A stretch of DNA of 64,000 nt. Origin: Pocillopora damicornis (taxonomy: Eukaryota). The position numbers were made by a program, and so were the translations under genes. Below, piece by piece: positions 48,512 to 61,547 of the stretch; position 1 is the stretch's first letter, and each line of letters begins with the position of its first letter. Where the stretch lies: contig NW_020843386.1 of the NCBI RefSeq assembly GCF_003704095.1, positions 1 to 64,000 of the forward strand. The letters are read 5' to 3'. The notes beneath the pieces were generated by a model. That model saw nothing but the letters and a program-made list of their open reading frames with translations, was not told the DNA's origin and searched no databases.

Positions 48512-51500
48512 ATGTCTGGTAAGTTGAGTTTTATGTCAAGCACTGCATGCAATCAAATTCGCAGTGTTTGCTTTCTCAGGGTGCACGTCATCAAAACCTC
48601 GCACATATTTACAAGATTATGACTAGAAAGTGTTAAAATATTTCGATACTTTCAGGAGAAAGTCGAAAGCGTCGGCATGGATCTGCAACAACGGGGAAAG
48701 AATGTGTTGGGTTGGATCCATTAGATGAAGAGCGCCGTTCTACTGTTGAGAACAAACCACCCTCTGTGCTGGCTTGCGTGACAGACCCAATCGAAGGAGA
48801 TTCGGGGCTCGACAAATCTTCGTCCCTATCGGACGACCTTCACGGTAAACAAGGAAGTAAAGCTAATTCGAAGAAAGAGGCCACTGAACATGATGAGGCA
48901 GACATCGTGGATGTAAAAGCATCTTCTTCCTCAAAAGTTGTATCAGGTTTGTCCACGTTAGGAGAGGTCGCGGATCCATCACCCTCAAATACCAACGTAA
49001 CTACACCTCATACCTTAGTGCAATCAAACGACTGTGTACGGACTGTAGCGGAAACATCACCCATGCCTGATCTCTTTGCACAAGATGACGATGGAGATAC
49101 GTAAGTTGAGAATATGTATTTATTCATTTCATTTTTCTTCACTCAGCTGTTACAGCTCCTCGTGAAACAGTATTGCAGATAGACGCTCTTCCTCGTAGGA
49201 GATAAGTCTGGAAGGGCCATCTCGGAAATAAATACCATGTAAAATCATTTAGACATTCCTCTTCAATTCCAGACATTCGAATGTGTATGTATTTCAATTT
49301 GGTGTACGTCCTAAAGAGCATATTATCTCGCCGACCAGTGACATAACATATCAATGTTTTGATATGAGGCGATCTTTGATATTCAGTTTGAAATGTTCGA
49401 AATTAAACCATCAAAAACTCTGCACGAAATTCCTACTGATGGCAAGTCATTGATGACATGATGATGACATGCCAGTGACCTTAGCAAATTGATCATAGTC
49501 TAAACATTTATAGTCCACGACGTGAATATGGACTCCAAATGATTAAGAATATTTAAAGCGAAAATGCTTACGTCGGCACATTCTACATTATTTGACTGAA
49601 TTATGTAAACGTTCATGCGGAGAAGTCACGAAGGAGAAAATGATTGTGACTCCTAAACCAACGATCCGAGCGAGAAAGAGCGGTACGCGAACAAAACAAA
49701 AACTCCAGCATTTAAGTACTAACTGCTTGGACCGAAAAAGGTAGCAGCGACACATACCTCGAACAAAAATTATCATTTAATTTTTTTTTATTTTAATTCA
49801 AGCTGAGGGAAGTTTAAGAATAGCGTGTTAGCCCCACACTGAGGAAGACGTCTTGGAAGTAATCGAAGGACGTACTCAAACAAAACACATTTTATTGGTT
49901 TCCATTGATCTGTTTTGGTTTCTAGAAGACAAAGTTGATTGGTTACCATAAGGAAATTCCTCTCGACACTTCATGGAATGCACAAAAAACATGATTGCGG
50001 TAAAAAAAAAGTCAAATTTTTGCGATACAGATATGTATATATCTATATTTAACAAGCCTTTGGTTGAGTGATTTTACGGACAGGAAGACTTCACTCGGTA
50101 AACCATGCAAATCTACGTGATGAATGTAAAAGGTTCGAAAGAGGCTAAATAGATCTCAGTTTCTAACACTGAAGACTATAAAGAATGCTTCACAAAGCGA
50201 TGGAATGAAAAACAATTATTTATCACAATTTTTCTGGAATCGTTTTGGCTGCCGACCTCTTATATTTTGAAATATAAGAGAGAGCAAAAATTTAGATTCT
50301 TTCTTGTCGGTCTTACCCTCAATTTCGTTCTGCTCTCAAGGTGAACAGACATGCGGAAGTCGAATCGCATATTTTTCATCGTTCGAACTCAGGTTCTCAT
50401 TATCACTCACTGACCTTGTCGTAAGAGAGAGTTTAGGTTAAAGAAATTTCCCTTTTTCTTCACAGGTTCCTACATATTTCTGTGGTACAGGGTGACCAAC
50501 CACTGAGTCAGTTTTTCATTGAGAAAATGAAGTCAAGAGGGGTTGATATTTTCAACAAGCTTAGACAAGTACGTAACTTTTCGATTAAAGGAAAAGAAAA
50601 AACTGTAGATTATCTGTCAAGAGTGTAAAGCAAAGAAGGGAAGCGGGTACAATGATTTCATTTGGCGACAAAGATATAAATGTCCAGGATTATGTTTATT
50701 CCTTTTCATCCTCATTAATTGTTAGCAACTTTTGTTGCCGATAGCAGCGGCGTTCGTGACACGTGTTACATGTAAACCTAAGATAAATTTGTAATATTGA
50801 CTGACTATGAGGTCGATATGGCTTGATATTCACCGACCTCTTTAACAAGCTGATGAGAGAGCAAGGCCATATCAAGCCAATTCGACCGAACTTGGTCAAT
50901 ACACCGTATTTCACGTGGCTGCAAAATCGTCTTCGAGTAAACGAAGAGAACGAGTCACGGCGAGAGATATTTTCAACCCAAGAAGATGAAGTAACATCTA
51001 CAGAAGGAAATTTGATGTCCCCGCGATCGCTCGCAGAAAGAGATGCTCACGGCCAAAGACTTTCAACTACAGCACGGTAACTCATCAATAACCTTTGTTT
51101 TTCAGACACCGTTACATCTTGCTGTGATTACTCATCAAAAATATCTTGTGGAAAAGCTGGTAGAGGGCGGAGCGGATGTTAATTTGATGGACAGGCACGG
51201 ACAGACCGCCCTTCACTTGGCCTGTCAAAATGGTGACATCCATTCTGTCCTAGCTATTCGTGACGTCACACATAGATGCCACATGCAAATAAGACTGGAT
51301 CTGAAAAATTTCCAAGGTGAGCACATTACGACAGTACCACGAGGAGCCGCGGTTGATTGAAGTTCATGATCTACGGAGCCACTACTTTACTTTCAGCTGA
51401 TTCGTTGCCGGTTGATGTCTGGTGACCCCAAGTTTATGGTGAACCTAACTCTAAGCTGTTGCATTTCAGCCATGGATTGGATCAGACGTATTGTTCGGCA

Positions 51501-54411
51501 GGCATTGCACCACCCTCATGGGAGCCTGGCCGTTCACCTTAAATATTAAAAAAAAAACTAGCTGATTCATTTTAATGGAGGGCTAACACTCGAATGGTCA
51601 GCTGCAGAATCTCTCTTCGGTAGCCAATTCACTTAAACCGGGGAGCCGCAAGTGGGAGTTTTTCCTATTACGGTAAAAAATCTCTCGCGGCATCACCTCT
51701 TGTTTTCAAAGCTTTGCTACTTGATGCCTCAACACACTCACAAATCAGACAGCGACGCAGGTTCAAGGTGCAACTGAAATTGTGGTGTTTGCCAGAATGT
51801 CACGTTTTGGTCGAAGTCGTTTTATTGGACTTCTAATGATGGTTGGACTATATTATCTGGAACATCATATTTTTGAGTAATGCACAAGCCTGGGGCCGTT
51901 GTTTCAGTAGTGGCACCTGCTAATCCTGGATTAGACGCTAAATTCAATTGATTTTGATTAGTCTTGTTGATAAAAGCTTCGGTTGGGGTTAACGGTTTGT
52001 GGGGGCAAGCGTGCTGTCATGAAAAACTGAAGAGAGCAACATCTAAAAAAATTGAAACTAACCTTGGGATAATCTTGAGTTAACTTTAACGTGATTTGAC
52101 CAAACCAGCAAAGGTCTATTTTTGAAGAAGTAATGCTGGCCTTTTACTTTTGCAGGATTTTCAGTGCTTCATGTGGCGACTTTGAATGGAAATAAACAGC
52201 TTGTTGAAACAATTCTTGACATGGGAGCAGACATTAACGATCAGGTTATTTACCAATTCGTAACTCACTTCTTAATTCGTAGTTTCTAAGAACAAGAGAC
52301 GATGAGGTAAGGAGACTGAAAGCTTCTATGTTGTCTTCCCATTGTGCGCCGGTCGCTCTTGAGTTATTTTTAGAACATGTCCTAAGATTTTCTAAGATTT
52401 GCAAGACAAACAGTTGGTTTGATTTTATTGTAGTCTAGAATTCGATCGGCTTTGCTCTACGACGCTCTGTGATTTTTGCAATCAGTTGCAAAGCTTAGAC
52501 AAATCGCGACTTGATCACCCCTGTTTTCTCGCTCTTCAGACAATTAAGGTCATTCTCCTCAAATAGAACCCCTTCACCCCTCGAGATTTCCGTGAAATAT
52601 TACATATTGGTTGTTTATCTTGCAGGGACGTAAATTTTAAAATAAAAAATGGGATCCCTGTGCTCGTCTAAGAGCAGCAGTGCCCTTTAGATAAACATAT
52701 AACTACTGAAATCATTAAAAAATTTACAATTTTCTTGATTGTGATTGGTTTTAAAAATTATATTTTCCACTAATTTACATGTCAATTTGTTATTGGACGG
52801 TCTGTCATCGGACGATTCAATGGGCCAATAACTTTCAAGGTTGTAATTTATATCAACCAATCACATTCATTTTGATTGCAGTCAATGTCAGAGCAACGTT
52901 AAATAATTAACGCCTCCTTAGTCAGTCTTTTAATGCAAATTAAGAAAAAGAAGCAAATGATAGGTAATTGTGCTTGTCTACCAGAAATTGTCTACCTCTG
53001 TGATAAACTCCGACCACGAAGAAAAACCCCCCATTTTTTTATGTGCGTGCGCTAGTTAACAATGAAATTATGCAAAGTTAGGATGCACAATGCAATAAGG
53101 CGGAATAGACCTGATTTGTCTTTTTTAGCTTTCATCGGCTTCATAGTGGTTGAGATTAACGTTAAGTTTTAACATGAAAGGAAGTAAAACAGTAACGTCG
53201 CTCAGACGAAGGATCAAAGCTCTAAACGTCAGCCTTTAAACTCTTTACGGTGGCCAATTTACGTTATCAGCTCAGTTCATAACACTAAATTACCCTGTTA
53301 AACAGTAACACTTGATAACTGATAACTCTTAACATTTCTCAGGATTCCAACAGTGGTCGTACAGCTTTGCATCACGCAGTGGAGGCTGGGAAAAATCATG
53401 TGGTAGAGTACTTGATAACACGTGGTGCTGACGTCAACAAAGTTACGTTCGCTGGAAACACTCCGCTTCACACGGCTAGCGGTCGGGACATGGATCAGAT
53501 GGTGAAACTTCTTATTCAACACGGTGCCAACGTAAACATTGCTAACCTAGAGGGTGATATTCCGAAAGTGGGACAAACAAGTGAACAGGTAGGGGTTCCT
53601 CATTTCTTTTTAAACCCTGATTTAAAGTCTTTAAGTTTCATGGGCGCCTCGCACTTCCCACACTGAGCAGTGCCTCCCCCCCCGTCTCTCGAGTTGGACG
53701 TGATATGTCCTTAAAAGTTTTATAGCGGAGCTTGAAGCGCGCGCAGCGAAGCCCCATACTTATCAAGAATGGTATTCTTGCGTCAAATGTTGGTTAGTTG
53801 ACAGGAAAATTTTAACCAAACTGCCTCTGCCATAATATTGAAAGCCAGTGCCGGGAGCTTTTCATGAAATTAGGAGTGTTTTTAAAAGAGCACGCCTTTG
53901 GGTTAAACGGATGGAGAAATTTAGACTAAATTTCTCAAGTATGTCTATTGCACTCGGTGCCAGTCTTCTCCATCCCTTACTGTAGTTAGTTTTGAGAACT
54001 TTTCAAGTAAGTATCAAAAACCTGAAAACCAAAGTATTCACAATGGCGAATCAGAGCAAAGGTAGACATCGTTATCAGCCAATGAGAACTCATAATAAAA
54101 AACAAGCAAACTGCTTGAAGCGCAGGTAAAGCGCAGGTGACCAAATCGCGACTGGTTTTCAGTTTCGCATCTGATTGGTTGAGGGGATGGTGCGAGTTTT
54201 CTGGACCAATGACAGAGCGAAGTAATACAGCAGCGGCGGATTGAGGGAGGCTTGGGTCGAGTCGTTACGCGCCCTTTCTCGAGGTTTTACTTCAATTAAA
54301 GAGAGTTTTGATATAGAATCTTCAGTGACAATGTTGTCATCTTGTTTTTATTATCAGGCGAAGAGACATTTCCGATCCAAAGAAAAACAAACCAAAAGGA
54401 GAAAAAAATGA
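48512..54411 (+). CDS. IkappaB-family (IkappaB/Bcl-3-like) ankyrin-repeat protein, about 384 aa, 7 exons
   Basis: Exons 48512-48518, 48656-49100, 50466-50568, 51106-51316, 52156-52244, 53343-53588, 54358-54411 (1155 nt, in frame). Ankyrin motifs QDDDGDTFLHISVVQG..DIFNKLRQTPLHLAVIT..DRHGQTALHLAC..KNFQGFSVLHVA..SGRTALHHAVE..GNTPLHTASGR. DSGLDKS at 48799-48819; basic RKRRH at the N-terminus and KRRKK at the C-terminus. Confidence 0.88.
53995..54228 (+). repeat. Dispersed repeat (other copies near 15175-15450, 17465-17600, 36815-37097 and 52430-52545 inverted)
   Basis: Shared aaactgc.tgaagcgc...tctgattggttgag.ggatgg..cgagtttt.tggaccaat.acagagc. Confidence 0.7.
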
Positions 54412-55737
54412 TCCTGACAAATTATCTGCACAAGATCAATCACTCTGACGGGAACTGAGGAACTTGGTTTGAGTTGACTGAAGTCGTGCTCAGGAGCCTG
54501 GGAAATTTGAGTCTTATGCGGTGTCGCTCATATTTTGTTGTGGGAATGCGCCGGCCGGAGTAATTACTTGCAACTTGAGATGCTTTGAACGTGGCCGTAA
54601 GCATCAAGATGGAGATGACAGTTCCAATTGAAAAGTTACAGTTCTAAACCATTAACGTTGAAAAAAAAAACCGCTTTCTCGCAATCGCTTCCTATGTTTA
54701 CCTTTTATGTTCTTATGTTCACTTCCTAGCTCTGGCTTTCTGCTAAATATCCACTGCTTTGCTATTTTCACCAAATTTGAGTGCAACAGCACTTTGTCCA
54801 AACAATTATCACTGAACTTGGTCAAATCGGCTTTGCAACTCTTGGATATGATTTGGACTTGTGACTTACAAACTAAAATAGTCATGCTTTTATAAATTCA
54901 CGGTGTTTTGTGGCTTTCAATAGATAATTTATTAAGCGGATATCACACACAAACAAGTAGTTTTTTTTAATCAAAAGTTTAAGGGAAGAAGATAAAGCAT
55001 TTCTCGAAAATGAATGATTTCCCTAGTAATAGACAACTGTTTACATTTGGACAAAGTCTTAACCGCACGCATCATTTTAATGCAACATGTTGCAATATTA
55101 TTGCGTGAACGTGTTACAAACGTTTGGCCACCCTAAGCAACATATTGAATGGTGTTGGATCAAGTTTGAAAATGGTCAAATTTTGTTGCAACATTTTTGG
55201 ATTCTGCAAGATGATGCGCGCCTTTGGCCAGCTCTTTCACAACATCTCAAATATAAGATGTTGCGTTTAAAGGTTGCGTTTAAATGTTGCGTGTGTTCTT
55301 GGGCCATATGCATTAGATAAAGCTAGCAATTTACCTTTAATAAAGGAGTTGATTTTATCTCATGTTGCTGAGGTCGGAAATTAATATTGAGTTTTCCATA
55401 TGAGAATTTTCCAGCGTGGTTGCATTTTATTCAACTTTTATTGCATTAAGTGAACAAACAATATTTGCTAAAGGTTTGACGAGGTAAACTTGTACACGCC
55501 ATGAAATTATGAGTTGCGACATTACGAAGGAAAAGCTATCGATAAAAGCTGTTTTTCACCTATCGAAGTTTCAATATGAAATTTGGTAGGCTAGTCTCCT
55601 GAGTAGCTTTCTTTATTTTTGAAAGGATCAATACCAATGACATTTCCAATTGAATCGCAACTCGCCCACATCCATCGACATAAATTGCAGCCTGTCTTGC
55701 AGACGTTTGCTTTAGTTTGTTTCTCTATTCGACCCAG

Positions 55738-56141
55738 TGAATTTTACAGAAAAACATGGTATGGTGAGATTTGAAGTTTTGCATTTTAAATTCGTGATGC
55801 GTGAAAAACTGTTTAAAGTGCACGTGAAGCATGAATTTTACAAAAAGGCATGGTGTGGTGAGATTTTAAGTTTTCCCTTTTAAATTCGTGACGCGTGAAA
55901 AACTGTTTAAAGTGAAGGTGAAGCATGAATTATAAAGAAAGGCATAGTATGGTGAGATTTGAAGTTTTTCCTTCTAAATTTGTGACGTGAAAAACTATTT
56001 AGAGTGCACGTGAAGAATGAATTTTACAGAAAGGCGTGGTATGGTGAGATTTGAAGTTTTCCGTTTTAAATGCGTGATGCGTGAAAAAACTCTTTAAAGT
56101 GCACGTGACGCGTGAATTTTTCTAAAATTCGTGCGTGAAAC
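55738..56141 (+). repeat. About 94-bp tandem repeat, 4 copies
   Basis: tggtgagattt..agtttt...aaattcgtga.gcgtgaaaaactgtttaaagtgcacgtga with tggtgagat at about 55762, 55857, 55950 and 56042. Confidence 0.88.
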
Positions 56142-56505
56142 GAAATCAAAATCCCCTTTTTGCTACCCTCCGTATAAAGCCAAGTTGACAAATTTCTTGT
56201 GATAAAATAAAAATCTCAAAAGTAATTCCTAAGAGGTTGTGGGTGCTATTCGTTTTTAAACACAAAAAGTGCCGCATCAAATAATTGTTGCGTGCGTAAG
56301 TACCCTCCTTTGAAATGACTGAAATTTCGTTATGAAACATTCAGTTATCTGAATGGAGAGTGCACGGTGGTCTAAAGAGGTTTAATTACTGCGAAGGAAG
56401 ATTAGTTTAACAACAATACTCAAGTTATGAGATTTTACAATAGGCTTAACTAAATTGACCTCTGAATAACTCTCATTTACATCAAAGAAGCCCGCTTTAA
56501 AGTTG

Positions 56506-57441
56506 TCAAACAGTGTGACTGACAATACTGACTGAATTTCTCTTGACCTTCGGGAAAATTGTTGTAATTGGGAGCGTGCTTCTGAACGCCTTTATCCGCA
56601 CAGAGTATAAGATAGGATTTAACACTGAAGAAAAACAAGCCAGGGTAGTTGTACCTAGCCATAACTGAGTGTCGGCCCAAAATTTTGGCGCTGAAAGGTG
56701 AATCGCCGAATCAATCAAACCTGGAAGCCAACAAAGTGCAAACGAGCCCGTCACCATAGCAACAGTCATGACGGCTTTGTATTCTTTCAGGAAACAGGGT
56801 TGGTGCTGATTTGAGCGGGTTTCTTGCACTTTTATCAATCTTTTCTGCCTGTTGGCTTCCTTGAAGATTCGCACGTAGAAATAGGAAATAAACACAAATG
56901 GAATACCAAAGATGCCCATAAAGAGGGCAAAATGGCCCTGCCCTGATATGCCACAGTTGTTTTTCAGTGATATTAATGATACTAGAAGGGATGAGGTCCA
57001 AATTACTGCGATGATTTTTCCGCACTTTCGTGGGGTAAGTCTACTTTGGTATTGAAATGGTGCAGTGACACCTACATAGCGGTCGTAACTTAACGCAAGA
57101 AGGTTTAGCGAGGAAGCAGACAGTGTCAAAACCACAATCACCGTGAACAAGTTATGCACGTTTTCCTCGATGAAGTGTGCCTTTTGAAGGAGTTTTAAAC
57201 ACCACACTGGCACACCCAATGTTGCAATCAGCAAATCGGCAACGGCGAGGGAAACAATCCAATAGTTTGTCATGGATCGTAGCGCAGGTTTGTGACAAAT
57301 CACCAAAATGACCAAAATGTTTAAAAAAATCGCTGCAATTCCACAGACTCCCGACAGCGAAAGGATAGTGATCAGAGAACTTGTTGAGACAGTGAAAGAG
57401 TGTTGCGAGCAATCCTTGTGAAAAATTGTTGAATTTTTCAT
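56506..57441 (-). CDS. Single-exon class A (rhodopsin-like) GPCR, amine/adenosine-receptor-like, 311 aa
   Basis: Intact ORF with seven hydrophobic segments and class A motifs: N in TM1, SLAVADL, DRY, W in TM4, FALCWLP, NPILY. The ligand cannot be assigned. Confidence 0.9.
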   Translation of the reverse strand: MKNSTIFHKDCSQHSFTVSTSSLITILSLSGVCGIAAIFLNILVILVICHKPALRSMTNYWIVSLAVADLLIATLGVPVWCLKLLQKAHFIEENVHNLFTVIVVLTLSASSLNLLALSYDRYVGVTAPFQYQSRLTPRKCGKIIAVIWTSSLLVSLISLKNNCGISGQGHFALFMGIFGIPFVFISYFYVRIFKEANRQKRLIKVQETRSNQHQPCFLKEYKAVMTVAMVTGSFALCWLPGLIDSAIHLSAPKFWADTQLWLGTTTLACFSSVLNPILYSVRIKAFRSTLPITTIFPKVKRNSVSIVSHTV

Positions 57442-59763
57442 AATAGGAGCTCCTGGAAGCTATACCTTTCAGTGATTTCTACCTTGATTATCTTACTCTG
57501 CTCACGGAAAAGCTTCACTATCAGTTCGCGCAAAGAAGTAATTTCTGCTTTGTCATCGGTAAACGTAAGAATTGTCTAGCAAGAAAAAACTGAACTTGAT
57601 CACTGCATCGAAAAAACAACAAGAAGTTTCACTGATTTCGCGCCTCTTAAAAATTCCTCAATCTTTTGAGAGGCGATCTTCCTTCTTTTGTTTCGGAGGA
57701 TCGTTCGATTTTCAATGTTAGAAGCTTGTTGTGCCGCACATTAGGACTTCCACATATCCGGAAGCCACTTTAAAACCAACACAAATGACGCTGGAAAAAC
57801 AAATGACACCTGCCAAACTAGACAAAGCATGATCTATTTCTTTTATAAATTATGCATATTACTTTTCTATAAGGTTACTCTCCGTCGAAGATTATCATTT
57901 GAATATCAATAACTAGCCATTCTTTTTTACAATATTTAATTCGTTTTCACAAATAAAACCTCTAGTTCTATGATGCCAGCGGGAATGTTTTTGACGCTCT
58001 TCGAATCACATAAATTTATGTTTTTTTTCCTTATCGAGATACTTATGCACTTAATTAACCAAGGATATATTAAAGTTATTAGGTTCCGGGGCAAATGCAA
58101 ACAACAAGATCGCTGTCTAGTCCATTTACGTGAAATTTTCGCATTGTGGACAATTCTGAGGTTAAAACACACGTTTTTAGAACATCACTTTCAAGATTTG
58201 AGTACGTTAATGACTTCTTCGGCAAAATTGATGATAGTGAAATCTCAATTTTGTTAAGTTTTTAATGAAACTTTCGTTATTGACTTCTGAACGAGACAGT
58301 AGAAAAGTCCATTAAGAAAATTATCAGTAGTCATCTACGCTAAGTGGAACGATTCCTTTCAATATCCGTGTGAAGTACACAAGTTCGGATCGTATAAGTT
58401 TGAAAGGGTTTTCATACGCTAAATTGCATGTGTGTAGTAACAGCCGCAAGCACTGATACAACAACGAAATATTGCGGTAAAACGAACAATAGAAAACCCT
58501 TTTGGCGAAAAACAAAAAAAAAATGGGAAAGAAAAGAATAACAAACAAAATAAAGCAGCGATAGTTCCAAATTTACATAGAGCAAAGGAAAAGACTCATG
58601 AAATGATTTATTTCTTCAGTTGTGTAGCTGCGCGTCGATAATTAAAGTAGTAATGTAATTTTTTTTAAATGAACGAAAAGTTCTGCTATTTCAGTTAAAA
58701 AACTAACATGCAAGTTACTCCTGCATTTTTAGGTTGACTTGTGACAAATTTAGAGGGCGCTTGGGCTTTAGAAAGTCTAAATTTGAAAGGTAAGAGCGTC
58801 GGATATCAATTCACAATCATTTGAAATTACTCCGCACTCGTTTTTGAAAATAAGGACCTGGTAATGATCTGTGATATAGGTTCTTTGCGCGGATGCATCA
58901 AATTGAAACACCTCAAGATTTTCAGTTTTAAAATCGATGTTTATGGTGTTAAATGTTTTACCAGCTGCATCACGACAGCTGGTTCCCTCGGTGCTGTTTT
59001 CAAACCTATATAACTCAGATATCGGGTATTCTATTTCGCAGTATTTTTGGGACGATGTTATTCGTTTTCTACCCTAACATCAGTATGCATATTCTCCACA
59101 CTGTTCTCTATACATTTTCTAAGGTACCGACAAGGAGAATTTATCCAACAATCAAGACCTTCTTTAGTTGGTGATCATTTCCTTTATTCTCATGACCATG
59201 ATGTGGGATTCAAGGCTGATATTGTAGGGAGAAACTAGATGCTGGTCACTCTTTGGGGTCATAAGGTTAAGATACATCATTTGCAAAACATTAACTTGGT
59301 TTCTTTTAGCTGTAATAAACCAAAACTTTTGAATACGGTCAACAAAACAAAAACAAAAAAAGGAAAAACAAGCTGTCCAGAAGACAGTTTATCAAGACAA
59401 ATCTCAACTGATGTTATTCATTTGCATAATAAAATAGACTAGTATTTGAGAGGCTTTGTCAGATTCTAGTTTTTAATATTTCAAGCTTTTCAACCAAAAA
59501 AATGAAAGAGCATGCTATGCACAGTATTCATCAAAGCTGGGTGACTTAAAAAATAATGTAATGAGGACTAACTCCCATTAAGTAGCTCCCCCCCATGATA
59601 ACCTCTGCACTTCAGTTTCTCTTTCCCCCCCCCCCTCATTCTGAAAACCCTGTAAATTGATACCCCATGAGCCCTTCCCCACCCTCCTTGGGGAAGTGCT
59701 TATCACAGCATTAACAGTAGATCCATGGAAATTAATCAAAACCAACAGGTCCCTGTTGTTAAT

Positions 59764-61436
59764 TTACACAAGGGTTCCTTGAGAGGGGATCCCCTTGGGG
59801 GTCAACTCTGTCAGTTTTTTCAGTTGTAACTTTCTCAGTTCTTCCTCTGATGGTAACAAAGGAGGCAGATCATTTCCAACAAATTCCACAATGCCCATCT
59901 TGGCCATATCTCTCTTTCGTGGTGGTATTTTGTATACTCTTGTGTAACCATTCACTTGATTTTCGTATCGCGGTAAGAGATGCCCAAACACCTTTGGTAT
60001 CAAATTTTTCTTCTGTTAAAAAAAGGAATACAGTGTTAAAGACCATCACAGAGTTTGATACAATTCTTCTGCAAATGTATTCATCCAACGAATTCAAAAC
60101 CAAATGAATAAAGGGTGTAAGTTTCTAAAGCATGTGTAGTGGTATCAACTGAGTTGAAAACATAAATTGACCACTGTTAAGAGTTTAAAGGCTGACATTT
60201 CAAGCTTTAGCCCTTCATCAGAGCAATTGACAAAGAATTAAAAACCACTTTGTAACGCACTGTAAACAGACACCATATCAGTTTGTTTCCAGCATTTCTA
60301 GACCATTTCAAGTTTTTTTTCTGCAACACTGTAACCTGTTAAAGGTCTAACAGCCCTATGTTAAGTGTAAATTAGAGACACATACTGTAATCCAACTGTT
60401 AATAGTTTCTTCATCTCCCACTTTAGCAAGATCAATCATCTGAAATTAAAATTCGATACAAGTTACTCACATACCCCATTTGCTATGAGCAACAACAAAA
60501 AATGAGACTACTTGGATCCAGAGGTGCATTTGGCCCCATTCACCATAGACTACAAGCAGTCCCTCCTTTCCAGTGAAGTCTCTCACACAAATCCAATAAC
60601 TCAGCAAAAAAATTGATGCCAAGAGTTCCATGAGGCATTCTAAAGTGAATTTTATTAGGCCTGATTTTTTGTGACTTTATGGGAAAGACTATTGAAGAAA
60701 GATGGACGGTTAGTAGTCTAGATTCACCAAGTTCAACTTGAACTTCAAAACTTATGCCTGCATGGTTGCAGTTTTTCCTCTTGGTTTTCTTGCTGCCCTA
60801 TGCAATATTTTGATCCTGAGATGTTAATTAACCCTCCACTCCCGAGATCTCATTAATAATTCTCCTTACTGTCTATACAATTTTTATTATGGTAATTCAA
60901 ATAATTACCCAATTGATATTTTTCTTTATTCTCATCGCTTCTCTGAGAGATATTGTATTGAAATTGTAAGGAGAAATTCTCTCTTGGTCACTCATGGGAG
61001 TCATAGGGTTAAGAGACCTCCGCATGCTCTTGCATACTCTAAACATACCGCGAAAGACATGGGTGTCTGCTAAAAGATTTACACTTTGAGAAATACTTTG
61101 TTTGAATGATCAGAGACAGAAATAATTGCAAGATTAGCGAGCTTTCATAGACCCCATGGAGGAAAAACACACACACATCACAGTAAAATGGGAGAATTGA
61201 GGAGAACCTGGAGATTGACAAGGTTTCATTTCCCTGGTATTCACATTATGTACCGCGTGGATACCTACTCTTTCAGCAACTCGAGATAGATCATGGCATT
61301 TGTTGAGCGTTGTCTCTATCCTTTCATATTGCACAAGTGCAGTGATGAGTTTTTTATAAATATGCTTTCTCTTTTCCTTATTCTTCGGTTTGAATTTCAG
61401 CAGATTCTCCAATGGCCGTGTCCTGATGGCCGCCAT
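59764..61436 (-). CDS. MRPL17: Mitochondrial ribosomal protein L17 (bL17m), canonical-looking paralog A, about 156 aa
   Basis: Exons (minus): 61269-61436, 60386-60439, 59764-60012, phase 0. LITALVQYERIETT..AERMIDLAK.G..WITKKNLIPKVF..L.PRY....GYTR...IP.R..D.AKM..VE..GN.LPPL aligns with bL17/MRPL17. Confidence 0.9.
60828..61012. mobile_element. piggyBac-type MITE in MRPL17-A intron 1
   Basis: ttaa-ccctccactccc...gggagtcataggg-ttaa. Confidence 0.75.
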
Positions 61437-61547
61437 CTTGACAACTTGAAAACTCAGCCAGCGCATTCTATTTTCAATAAATCCGCTGGGCATACAAAAC
61501 GTGGTCATGAAATTGCTGAGCAGCCAGGCGATTTCCACACGATAAAG
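61437..61547. promoter_or_regulatory. 111-bp bidirectional promoter region between the two MRPL17 paralogs
   Basis: Divergent ATGs at 61436 (-) and 61548 (+), each within an AAGATGGC (YY1-type) context. Confidence 0.65.

Noticed and set aside
49620-49740. Basic ORF ending in AG|GTAGCA, in phase with exon 3 of IkappaB paralog 2
   Set aside because: Weak donor and no supporting promoter or homology; cannot be supported as an alternative exon.
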